A stretch of DNA of 64,000 nt from Candidatus Binataceae bacterium (GCA_035534935.1 DATLRA010000047.1:478-64477); one strand, 5' to 3'. Shown: positions 29,637 to 38,042, counted from the stretch's first letter. Numbers and translations are program-made. Notes: generated by a model not told the origin, from the sequence alone.

Positions 29637-29923
29637 TCCTTGTAACCGGCCGGCGCGGGGCAACGACCCCGCCCGGCCCGATCGCATCGCCAGCTCCAGC
29701 AACAATTTTTCTCCCGGCACACTTCAATCAATCGCTGATCGCGAGTTAGCCTCCGGTCAGTTATCCCACTCGATCCGCCAAATCGGCCGCTCGGAGCCTA
29801 CTCGTATCAGCCGAACTTCCGGCTTCGCCTCTGACCTTTCCTCATCGCTCGTCAAATGAGTTTCATGATCAGCTATGGGCCGTTTTGTTGTAATTTTTAG
29901 TCTTTAATCACCAAAATCACATT

Positions 29924-29941
29924 TGTTGCGTAGCCGCAACG
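29924..29941. promoter_or_regulatory. dyad TGTTGC-N6-GCAACg, same motif as upstream of flp2
   Basis: Read directly from the sequence. Its centre is about 80 bp upstream of the -24 GG of the next sigma-54-type element. Confidence 0.35.
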
Positions 29942-30011
29942 CTACGTTACTATTGCGCGAACTATGAGTTGCCAAAGCCTACGATCACGATAAACGAGTC
30001 ATCCCCGATCG

Positions 30012-30028
30012 TGGCATCAGAGATGCTT
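30012..30028 (+). promoter_or_regulatory. sigma-54-type -24/-12 promoter upstream of the tadG-like gene
   Basis: TGGCATCagagATGCTT. The GG at 30013 and GC at 30025 are 12 nt apart, about 125 nt upstream of ATG 30153. Confidence 0.45.
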
Positions 30029-30152
30029 AACCTTGTCGGCTTGGTCGAACGGAATTTGTGCCCCTTCGATTCCTCCCGGCGCGCGCGGCGGCGCATCGGT
30101 TCAAGCCACGCCATCGCGAATTTTCTCCGAGCCTTGATGAGGTCTGTAATAG

Positions 30153-30632
30153 ATGAATCACTCAGTTCGCTTTGGCCGGGGACAGACGGCGGTGATCCTG
30201 ACGTTAGCTCTGCCGACCCTGATTGCGATGATCGCCTTCGGCACCGATATCGGTGTGCTCTACTTCAACTGGCTGCAATTGCAGAAGAGTGCCGATGCGG
30301 CCGTGCTGGCCGGAGCCGTATATCTTCCGGCGAACCCCGCGGTGGCTATCAACGCCGCGGACTTTTTCGCCCGTCAGAGCGGTCTCCAGGCGGCCGAAAT
30401 TACCTCGACCACGGTCGGCGCCGACGACCGCACCTTGACGATCTCGATATCGCGCAAAGTCCGGCTGCTGACCAGCGTGCTCGGAATCCGCGCACCGCAA
30501 GTGGCCGTGAACGCGACGGCGGTAGTTATCGGTGCACATGTGCCGGGTAGTGTCGACACAAAATCCATCCAAGCGTCCGTAGATATGCAAACGCGTCAGA
30601 TAGCTGCTTTCATTGCCCGACGTTGGGCATAA
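30153..30632 (+). CDS. short TadG-like / Tad (PF13400-type) pseudopilin
   Basis: GRGQTAVILTLALPTLIAMIAFGTDIGVLYFNWLQLQKSADAAVLAGA, the N-terminal TadE/G-like signature. It is only 159 aa and has no vWA domain. Confidence 0.75.
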   Translation: MNHSVRFGRGQTAVILTLALPTLIAMIAFGTDIGVLYFNWLQLQKSADAAVLAGAVYLPANPAVAINAADFFARQSGLQAAEITSTTVGADDRTLTISISRKVRLLTSVLGIRAPQVAVNATAVVIGAHVPGSVDTKSIQASVDMQTRQIAAFIARRWA

Positions 30633-30841
30633 TAAACCTAATATAACTGATTAAAGAATAAAATAACAGCTTAAAGCTATAATCACCAATAGTTGACACA
30701 GGATTCGAACCGAGAATAGGATCGCTTGTAATCCCAGAGGCGCTGTCTTGAATGCTAATGCAGCGCCGCGTTGACTGTAAATTGCTAGTTGGCAGCGAAA
30801 CATTGGAAGGACAGGCGATACCATTAATTGGAGTGAATGCC

Positions 30842-31093
30842 ATGAACCAAGAGATGCGGAATCGCAATGATCAGGACTCGGAGGTTGGCAACCGCGTGAT
30901 CAAAAACCTCTTAGGGCCATTCTTAACGCTGCGCGAGCGCTTCCGCGCGAATGCTCGGGGTCAAACGATGACCGAGTACGCTCTCATCCTGGCGGCAGTA
31001 GCAATTTTGGTATTTGTGACTTACGAGACTATGGGCAATACCATCAATTCGATGGTCGAATGGCAGACCATCGACGTTTGGCTCGCATCATAG
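30842..31093 (+). CDS. flp: Flp-family type IVb pilin, copy 3 (divergent)
   Basis: ARG|QTMTEYALILAAVAILVFVTYET. GGAG lies 8 nt before ATG 30842, and an alternative GTG at 30896 would give a leader of typical length (VIKNLLGPFL...). Confidence 0.85.
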   Translation: MNQEMRNRNDQDSEVGNRVIKNLLGPFLTLRERFRANARGQTMTEYALILAAVAILVFVTYETMGNTINSMVEWQTIDVWLAS

Positions 31094-31323
31094 TCGATCA
31101 AAAGAGCGAGGATTGCGCAGCCTTCGATGCGACCGATGGCGTTGGATTCGCAAGCGAATTCAACGCGGACGGGAATCGGTGTAGGCTGGATCTCACGAGG
31201 ATGAGCATACGCTGCGGGCTTGGCAGGGGTCTCAGCTTGACGATCGGGCGCCGGTGGTGAGCGGGGCGAATTTGGTTAGGCGGAGCGGTTTAGGGGAGCG
31301 TTTGGAAAATTTCAGTCAATGCA

Positions 31324-31339
31324 CGGCGGTATATTTGCT
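31324..31339 (+). promoter_or_regulatory. weaker sigma-54-type element upstream of tadE
   Basis: cGGCGGtatatTTGCT. The -12 element TTGCT is perfect, GG/GC spacing is 12 nt, and the -24 element matches only GGC. Confidence 0.3.
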
Positions 31340-31372
31340 TACAATCGTCTATGGAGCGTAAATTGGGCGTCG

Positions 31373-31410
31373 ACTGAAGGCTCTCAATAGAACTGAAGGC
31401 TCTCAATAGA
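31373..31410 (+). repeat. perfect 19-bp tandem duplication ACTGAAGGCTCTCAATAGA x2
   Basis: The units are 31373-31391 and 31392-31410. An inverted copy of TCAATAGA lies at 31431-31438. Confidence 0.9.
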
Positions 31411-31495
31411 GTTGTGGCACGTGGGGAAGATCTATTGAACTTTCGGATCGGGGCGATCGATTGGTCATAAAGGGCGAGCGATCATCGAGTATAAT

Positions 31496-32065
31496 ATGGA
31501 ACGCGACCTCATGATCTCGAAGTGGCTCCAAAGGCTAACGAAGCCTCGCGCCGACGCTGGCGCGCTACTCTCACGCCCCGGCCGCGGGCAAGCCGCGGTC
31601 GAGTTCGCGCTGGTTCTGACGGTTGCGATGATTGTTTTGTTCGTCGCCGTGCAGCTCGCGATTATCGGTGAAGCGGCGCTGTCGCTGGGCCAGATGAATT
31701 ACCAGGGCGCCCGCTGGGCGGCCGTTAATGTCTGTGCCACCGACTCAGAGGTGGCGACTTACATGACGGTGGTCGGATCGCCCACGATTACTACGCCCTC
31801 CTCGTGCGGTAACGCGCTGGCCATCTCAATCACCGAAACGAACTCCAACAACGCAACCTCGACCAATTCAGCAAGCTCGACGAGCTGCACGGCCACGCCG
31901 ACGCCGGCGTCCAGTTGCACGCCAACGCTGCGTAATTTCGGCACCTCGGTGACGGTCAATATCACTTATACGATACCGTCGAGCCAACTGGTTTTGGGCA
32001 GTTCATTTCTTGGCATTAATTTTCCAACTAAGTTGACCAGTTCAGAGACCGCTATGGCGGAGTAG
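31496..32065 (+). CDS. tadE: TadE-family pseudopilin
   Basis: GRGQAAVEFALVLTVAMIVLFVAVQL (TadE-like N-terminus). It has a Ser/Thr-rich internal tract. Confidence 0.8.
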   Translation: MERDLMISKWLQRLTKPRADAGALLSRPGRGQAAVEFALVLTVAMIVLFVAVQLAIIGEAALSLGQMNYQGARWAAVNVCATDSEVATYMTVVGSPTITTPSSCGNALAISITETNSNNATSTNSASSTSCTATPTPASSCTPTLRNFGTSVTVNITYTIPSSQLVLGSSFLGINFPTKLTSSETAMAE

Positions 32066-32131
32066 GCGCGGTCTGGTTTTTTCAGATATTGACCCGGCGG
32101 GCTGGGTGCGTTCGGGTGGGGGAGGGGATAG

Positions 32132-33319
32132 ATGAAACGACCGATCATTTTCGTCTTGCTGGCGGGGCTTGCGGCGCTGGTTGCCGCAATGGTGGTCTAC
32201 ACCCAGCTCAAAAAGCGCGAAACCGAGGTCCAGGAGGCGATGGTCCAGTCGGTCGACATCGTGGTCGCCGCGCACGACCTCGGTATCGGCACCAAGCTCG
32301 ATCCATCCAGCGTCAAGACCGTGCGCTGGTCTCGCGATTCAATTCCGCCCGGGTCGTTCACCGACACCGCCGCGCTGATGAATCAATTTACCAAGAGCAG
32401 TTTCGTCGAAAACGAACCGATCGTGCAGAGTCGCCTCTTCGGCGGTGATAAAAACGCCGGCGTGCTGCCGCTCTTGATTCCGGTAGGCATGCGCGCACTC
32501 TCAGTGCCGGTTGACGAGGTCAGCGATATCTCGGGCTTCGTGCTGCCGCATACCCATGTTGACGTCCTGGTCTCGGTGACCTCCGGCGACAAGCCGCTGG
32601 CCAAGATTGTTTTGCAGAACGTCGAAGTGCTGGCGACCGCGCAGGATATTGAACAGGTCAACGACAAGCCCCAACCGGTGCGAGTCGTGACGATGCTGGT
32701 GACGCCCGATCAGGCCGAGCGCCTCACGCTCGCCAGCCATGAAGGGGCGCTGCGGCTCGCGATGCGCAATTACGAAGACAAGAACCTGGTCGTCACCGGC
32801 GGAATCGACATGGCGCAATTGCTGGGGGCGCAGCCCGCGGCGCTAATTCCGGTAATGGCGCCGCAACACGGGTACGCGCCGCGCAAACCCAAGCCGGTCG
32901 ACGTTGAGGTGCTCCGCGACGGCAAAACCAGCGAGCACGTATCCTTTGTCAAAGCGCCTTCCGGCGGCAATGCGGCGCCGCCGGCAGATTCCAGCGCTAA
33001 CCTGATTGGGTCCGACGGCGGCTCCGCGGCGGCGGCCAGTCCAGAAAGTTTTATCGACGCCACCGCGGTGTTTCCCGCGGCGACTCCAGCCGGTCGGTCG
33101 GCGGAAACGGACCGCCCAGACGCGCCCGGGGCGGTTGCTGACCGGCGCGCCCGGATGGCCGGATCGACAGTCCCGTCGGCGGGCGCGCCCGCGCCGCTGG
33201 CGCCTGGTTCGCTCGCCCCGGATCCGCTGGATACGGCCGGATTGGGCCGCGGCGTCGCACCGGTCATGGTGGCTCCCGGATACACGGGGCCCCGTTCCAG
33301 AACGATCGATGTACCTTGA
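32132..33319 (+). CDS. cpaB: Flp pilus assembly protein CpaB/RcpC with long disordered C-terminal tail
   Basis: N-terminal TM helix, a SAF domain (IVVAAHDLGIGTKLDPSSVK) and an RcpC beta domain. The last about 120 aa are Ala/Pro/Gly/Ser-rich. Confidence 0.9.
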   Translation: MKRPIIFVLLAGLAALVAAMVVYTQLKKRETEVQEAMVQSVDIVVAAHDLGIGTKLDPSSVKTVRWSRDSIPPGSFTDTAALMNQFTKSSFVENEPIVQSRLFGGDKNAGVLPLLIPVGMRALSVPVDEVSDISGFVLPHTHVDVLVSVTSGDKPLAKIVLQNVEVLATAQDIEQVNDKPQPVRVVTMLVTPDQAERLTLASHEGALRLAMRNYEDKNLVVTGGIDMAQLLGAQPAALIPVMAPQHGYAPRKPKPVDVEVLRDGKTSEHVSFVKAPSGGNAAPPADSSANLIGSDGGSAAAASPESFIDATAVFPAATPAGRSAETDRPDAPGAVADRRARMAGSTVPSAGAPAPLAPGSLAPDPLDTAGLGRGVAPVMVAPGYTGPRSRTIDVP

Positions 33320-33350
33320 GGCTGGCGGGAAGAAGGTTGAGGTGAAATCA

Positions 33351-35414
33351 ATGAAGGCAGAAAGCGGCAAGCGACTGATTCGTTCGTTGCTCGGGGGGGT
33401 CGGCCTTTTAATTTTCGCGGCGGGATTCGTCAACGCCTCGGAAGCCAAGCCACCGGCGCGCGAGGTTTCGGTCACGCTCAACGCCGGCGAGAGCTTCGTC
33501 ATCAAGGATGTCAGTAAAGATGCGACGCCCGCCGTGCATGTGGTCAGCAATCCCAACGCCATGATCGTTCATAGCGATCCGTCGGGCGGCCTGGTTCTGC
33601 TCGGCACCGAGGCGGGGAGCTGGAAGATCTCGGTCAAGTCGGCCGACGGCGAGCAGGTCGTCTACAAAATTCAAGTCAACTCGATCAAGGGTCCGAGCGC
33701 CGATCCGCTCGCGCCGGGCAAGATGCCGACGCCGCTCGGCAGCTCCAGCTTTGGCAGCTCGGCGGATCGGTCGAGTGCGGTCGCCGCGCTTGATTCGGGC
33801 AGCGGTCCGGTGATCGCGGAGCCGGTCGTCGCGAAGCCGGCGATGGCCGCTTCGAGTGCCGATGACGCCGCGGGTGCGGCCCTAGCTCCGGTCGGCGGCG
33901 CGGCCGCGATGACCGCGGCGGCGATTGGCGCAACGGCGCCCGCCGCGAGTCCGGCGAGCCCCGCGCCGGCGCTCATCGCCAGCAGCGCGGGAAGTGGAAG
34001 CGGCGGAATCGAGCTGCGGCCGGTGCCCGCCCCGATGCCTGCTGCGGCGCCAGCCCCCGCTCCGGTTATGATGGCGGCGAATGGCGCGAGCCTGCCGCAG
34101 ACACCCGCCCCTTCGACTTACACCAAAGACAGCATGTACAGCGGCTCTGTGATGCCGAGCCAGTCGATCATCACGAACCCGGATCAGAACCCGCCCCAGA
34201 ACTACAAATCCGACCCCATGGCGCCCACGCGGGGCGAGTCGATCAACGGCGGAACGCATTATCTGCCCAACGACGTGGTTGACCTGTCTGCCGGGAGTTC
34301 GCGAGTTTACGATTTCGCGCGGCGCATCAGGCGAATTTCGATCGCCGACACCGGAGTGGCGGACGTTCAGGTGATCAATCCCTACCAGATCAACCTGATC
34401 GGCCATAAAGAAGGCTTCACCACGCTGGCGGTATGGGATAATCGCGGCCAGTACGACGAACGCCAGATCCGCGTTGATCCGTTTGGGCCGCAACAGGTGA
34501 TGCTGAACGTGATCGTGGCGGAACTCGATCGTAACCGGATTGAAGGTCAGGGTATCAACTGGAGCTTCGCCCTGCCCAAGTACAACGTGTCGCTGGTCGG
34601 CCTCGGCGGCCAGGTCGCGACGCAGTACACCGGCAGTTCGAACCTGACCGCGACGCAAGTGTTCGGGGCCGGCTCGCCGAGCGCGGTGACCACTACCACT
34701 ACCGCGACCGGTACGCTGCCGTCGCCCGGCACGCTGATTCCGCTGCTGCTGTCGACCAACGTGAACTATGGTCTGGCGGCGGGTAATTCCAACGTTCAGA
34801 CCCAGACCTTTTTTGAAGCCCTCGAGGAGCACAACCTGGCCAAGATTCTGGCCGAGCCGCATCTGCTGGCGAATTCGGGTGAGAAGGCCGAATTTCTCTC
34901 GGGCGGTGAGATTCCGATCGTTATCTCGCAGGCCCTCAACACCTCAATCGAGTTCAAGCAATTCGGCACCTCGGTGATCTTCGTCCCGACGGTGATCGGC
35001 AGTGACATTATCGGCCTGCGCGTGAAGCCCGAAGTTTCGCAGCCCGACTATTCTCACGGCGTCAATTTGTTCGGTTTCACAGTGCCGGCATTCGTTACCC
35101 GCCGGGCCGAGACCTACGTCCGCCTGAGGAACAACCAGACGCTGATCATCGCGGGCCTGTTGCTGCATACCAAGACCTCGAATGTGCAGAAAACCCCGTA
35201 CCTTGGCGACCTCCCCTATATTGGCATGCTATTCAAGAGTACGTCATATCAGGAGAATCAGACTGACTTGGTGATGAGCGTGACCCCGCAGATCGTTTCG
35301 CCTCTGCCGGATAACGGGCAGGTAGCCTTGCCGACGGATCGGAGTCCGATGACCGCCTCGGAAATTCGGACTCGTGAAATTACTCCGGCGGATGCCAGCC
35401 GGCCCCGATTCTAG
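33351..35414 (+). CDS. cpaC: Flp pilus secretin CpaC/RcpA
   Basis: Signal peptide, two pilus-N-terminal-region-like modules and a secretin C-domain (LAEPHLLANSGEKAEFLSGGEIPI...TPYLGDLPYIGMLF). The track ORF start at 33006 is rejected. Confidence 0.9.
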   Translation: MKAESGKRLIRSLLGGVGLLIFAAGFVNASEAKPPAREVSVTLNAGESFVIKDVSKDATPAVHVVSNPNAMIVHSDPSGGLVLLGTEAGSWKISVKSADGEQVVYKIQVNSIKGPSADPLAPGKMPTPLGSSSFGSSADRSSAVAALDSGSGPVIAEPVVAKPAMAASSADDAAGAALAPVGGAAAMTAAAIGATAPAASPASPAPALIASSAGSGSGGIELRPVPAPMPAAAPAPAPVMMAANGASLPQTPAPSTYTKDSMYSGSVMPSQSIITNPDQNPPQNYKSDPMAPTRGESINGGTHYLPNDVVDLSAGSSRVYDFARRIRRISIADTGVADVQVINPYQINLIGHKEGFTTLAVWDNRGQYDERQIRVDPFGPQQVMLNVIVAELDRNRIEGQGINWSFALPKYNVSLVGLGGQVATQYTGSSNLTATQVFGAGSPSAVTTTTTATGTLPSPGTLIPLLLSTNVNYGLAAGNSNVQTQTFFEALEEHNLAKILAEPHLLANSGEKAEFLSGGEIPIVISQALNTSIEFKQFGTSVIFVPTVIGSDIIGLRVKPEVSQPDYSHGVNLFGFTVPAFVTRRAETYVRLRNNQTLIIAGLLLHTKTSNVQKTPYLGDLPYIGMLFKSTSYQENQTDLVMSVTPQIVSPLPDNGQVALPTDRSPMTASEIRTREITPADASRPRF

Positions 35415-35441
35415 GAGGGGAGAACAGGCAGGAGCTATCTG

Positions 35442-36662
35442 GTGCCAGTGCTTGGATCAAAAGTTGAGGCGCGCCGTGGCGCGATCAGAGTTCTGCTGGT
35501 CGGCGAAGCCGAAGACCGGCGTGCCGAGGTCAAGGCCGCGCTCACCGCGCTTGGCGATCCGCCCCTCGAGATCCTCGAGACGGCGCCCGGCGGCGCCTTC
35601 AACGGCGGTCCGCCGCCGGACGTTACGATGGTGCTGTTCAACGGCGGCAATGAGGAGGCCTCGCTAAACTACCTGCAGGCCCAGGCCGAAATCGAACCGC
35701 GGCCGATGCTCTTTGCGCTGGCCCACGAACGGTCGCCGGTGCTGATGCGCCGGATCCTGCGTGCTGGCGCCGACGAACTCCTGTTCCTGCCGCTCGACGC
35801 GGGCGACGCCACTCGTGCGCTGCTCAAGATTAGCGAGACCCGGCGCCGCGCCGAGCGCCAGAGTGGCGGCATCATCGTCTCGATGGTCAGCACGGTGGGC
35901 GGTGTCGGCGTTACCAGTCTGGCGGGCAATCTGGCCCTGGCGCTGCGTTACACGCTCAACAAACGCGTGGCCACGGTCGATCTGGATTTGCAGACCGGGG
36001 CGCTCGCGGTGTTTCTGAATCTGGAGCCCGAGCGCACCGTGATGCAGTTGTGCGAAGGCGACCGCAAGCTCGATTCGATCCAGCTCGAATCGGCCCTGAC
36101 CAAGCATCCGTCGGGCATTTACGTGCTCGCCGCGCCCAAACGAATCGAGGACAGCGAGCTGGTTTCGGACAAGGTAATCGGGTCGGTACTCGAATTGCTG
36201 CGCCAGCTATTTGATTTCGTGGTGGTCGATTGCGGCGGCTATATCGACGAGAACGTGGTCGCCGCGTGGGAGCGCTCCGATCATCTGTTCTATCTGCTCG
36301 ACCAGTCGATCGCCGCGGCGCGCTGCGCGTGGCGGTTTGTCGATCTGTTCGGACGGCTGGGACTGTCGGGGGTCGAACCGAACTTTATCCTGAGCCGGTT
36401 CATGGCCCATCATCCGATCACCGAGGAACAGATCACGCATACCCTGGGCCGGCCGATCTATACGAAGATTCCACGTGATGAAAAAATCCTCGAGCGTATC
36501 CAGCTGCGCGCGCAGGACTTATGGCAGGTCGGCCAGGGTTCCGCCCTGGCCCGTTCGATTGAGGACCTGGCACGGCGGCTGGCAATTGGCGGGGAGGTGG
36601 CGGCGGAAACCAGTGGGGGACTCGTAGCAAGACTCTTATCTGCTCTGGGCGGACGCGCCTGA
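35442..36662 (+). CDS. cpaE: CpaE/TadZ: pseudo-receiver plus MinD/ParA-like domain with degenerate Walker A
   Basis: The N-terminal receiver-like fold lacks an obvious phospho-Asp. The ParA-like domain has STVGGVGVTS in place of the KGGxG(K/x)(T/S) motif. Confidence 0.85.
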   Translation: MPVLGSKVEARRGAIRVLLVGEAEDRRAEVKAALTALGDPPLEILETAPGGAFNGGPPPDVTMVLFNGGNEEASLNYLQAQAEIEPRPMLFALAHERSPVLMRRILRAGADELLFLPLDAGDATRALLKISETRRRAERQSGGIIVSMVSTVGGVGVTSLAGNLALALRYTLNKRVATVDLDLQTGALAVFLNLEPERTVMQLCEGDRKLDSIQLESALTKHPSGIYVLAAPKRIEDSELVSDKVIGSVLELLRQLFDFVVVDCGGYIDENVVAAWERSDHLFYLLDQSIAAARCAWRFVDLFGRLGLSGVEPNFILSRFMAHHPITEEQITHTLGRPIYTKIPRDEKILERIQLRAQDLWQVGQGSALARSIEDLARRLAIGGEVAAETSGGLVARLLSALGGRA

Positions 36663-36673
36663 AGGTGTAATCG

Positions 36674-38038
36674 ATGAAACTGGTCGAACGAATCTCCTCG
36701 CAGACGGCGCAATCCACGCAACCCGCCGCGCGCACCACTCTGATCGGCAGCACGCAGCGGCGCCCGCGCGACACGATGGCCGACGGCTTCCAGCAACTCA
36801 AGCTGGCGGTCCACAACCGGCTGTTCGAATCGCTCGACGTTTCGCGGCTGGAAAGCCTCGAACAGAACATGGCGTCGACCAAGGTGACGCAGGCGATCAC
36901 GGAGATCCTCAATGAAGAGGGGCGCCTGCTCACCGACACCGATCGCGCCCGCCTGGTCGAGGAAATCAAAAACGAGCTGCTCGGCCTTGGACCTCTCGAG
37001 CCGCTGCTGTGGGACGACGACGTGAGCGATATCCTGGTCAACGGCCCCAACCAGGTTTACGTCGAACGCCAGGGCAAACTCTATTTGACCGACGTGCGCT
37101 TTAACGACAACCAGCATCTGATGCTGATTATCGATCGAATCGTCTCCCAGGTCGGCCGCCGCGTCGACGAATCCTCGCCGATGGTCGATGCGCGATTGGC
37201 CGACGGTTCGCGTATCAACGCGATTATTCCACCGCTCGCCCTCGACGGGCCGTCGCTCTCGATCCGGCGTTTCGGCAAAAAGCGCTTCCTGATCGACGAC
37301 CTGGTCGACAAGGAGACGCTGACCACCGACATGGTTGAGTTCATCCAGGCGATCGTCAAGGCGCGCCTGAACATGCTGGTCTGCGGCGGCACCGGCTCGG
37401 GCAAAACGACGATGCTCAACTGCGTCTCGTCATTCGTGCCGGTCGACGAGCGGATTGTGACGATCGAGGATTCCGCCGAGCTGTTGCTCCAGCAGCCGCA
37501 CGTCGTCCGCCTCGAGACCCGCCCGCCCAACGTCGAAGGCAAGGGCGAAGTCACCCAGCGCGAGCTGGTCAAGAACTGCCTGCGTATGCGCCCCGACCGG
37601 ATTATCGTCGGCGAGGTCCGTGGCGGCGAAGTGTTTGACATGCTCCAGGCGATGTCGACCGGTCATGACGGGTCCATCTGTACGGTCCATGCGAATACAC
37701 CGCGCGATGCGATCCAGCGCCTCGAGATGATGATGCTGTTGTCGGGCGCCTCGATTCCGCAGCGCGCGATGCGCCAGCAAATCGCCTCCGCCCTCAATAT
37801 CATCGTCCACGTCAGCCGCCTGTCCGACGGTACCCGCAAACTGATGAAGATCTCCGAGATCACCGGGATGGAAGGTGACATGGTCATGATGCAGGACCTG
37901 TTCGAGTTCAAGCGCACCGGGGTAGGGCAGGGCGGCAAGGTGCTCGGCCAGTTTCGCCATACCGGGGTCCGCTCGATGTACACCGATCGTGTGGCGGCCG
38001 CCGGCTACCGCATCGAAATGCAGCCGAATGTGAGGTGA
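36674..38038 (+). CDS. cpaF: CpaF/TadA secretion ATPase
   Basis: Walker [10 protein letters not shown], Asp box, Walker B and His box ([13 protein letters not shown]). Confidence 0.95.
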   Translation: MKLVERISSQTAQSTQPAARTTLIGSTQRRPRDTMADGFQQLKLAVHNRLFESLDVSRLESLEQNMASTKVTQAITEILNEEGRLLTDTDRARLVEEIKNELLGLGPLEPLLWDDDVSDILVNGPNQVYVERQGKLYLTDVRFNDNQHLMLIIDRIVSQVGRRVDESSPMVDARLADGSRINAIIPPLALDGPSLSIRRFGKKRFLIDDLVDKETLTTDMVEFIQAIVKARLNMLVCGGTGSGKTTMLNCVSSFVPVDERIVTIEDSAELLLQQPHVVRLETRPPNVEGKGEVTQRELVKNCLRMRPDRIIVGEVRGGEVFDMLQAMSTGHDGSICTVHANTPRDAIQRLEMMMLLSGASIPQRAMRQQIASALNIIVHVSRLSDGTRKLMKISEITGMEGDMVMMQDLFEFKRTGVGQGGKVLGQFRHTGVRSMYTDRVAAAGYRIEMQPNVR

Positions 38039-38042
38039 AGTA

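Noticed and set aside
29969-30550. A 193-aa ORF (TTG start) overlapping the tadG-like gene in another frame. Small ORFs at 29158-29346 and 29246-29749 also lie in the flp spacers.
   Set aside because: They have no family resemblance and a Arg/Ser-rich composition. They overlap genes with clear Flp/Tad signatures, or they span terminator and promoter elements.
30699-30745. A tRNA-like fragment on the minus strand in the flp3 upstream spacer. It has a GGTTCGAATCC T-loop, a 4-5-nt variable region and an anticodon-arm-like hairpin. It might be a remnant attachment site.
   Set aside because: The T stem has two mismatches. Anticodon-loop position 33 would be A. No complementary acceptor 5' strand or D arm can be found, and it shares only the universal 11-mer with the real tRNA-Asn. 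At best it is a decayed remnant, and I cannot support it as a feature.
31415-31430. A perfect sigma-54 -24 element, TGGCACG, just downstream of the 19-bp tandem repeat.
   Set aside because: The -12 position reads GAAGA with no GC dinucleotide at the required spacing, so it is not a credible complete promoter. It is mentioned only as context for the repeat.
31490-31495. A perfect TATAAT hexamer abutting the tadE ATG, raising the idea of a leaderless transcript from the second Met at 31511.
   Set aside because: No acceptable -35 exists at 16-19 bp; the nearest TTGGTC is 23 bp away. Chance occurrence in an AT-rich spacer is likely.
33006-33350. A 115-codon upstream extension of the cpaC ORF that overlaps cpaB.
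   Set aside because: The extension is Arg/Pro-rich and out of frame with the real cpaB coding sequence. A typical signal peptide begins at the Met at 33351.
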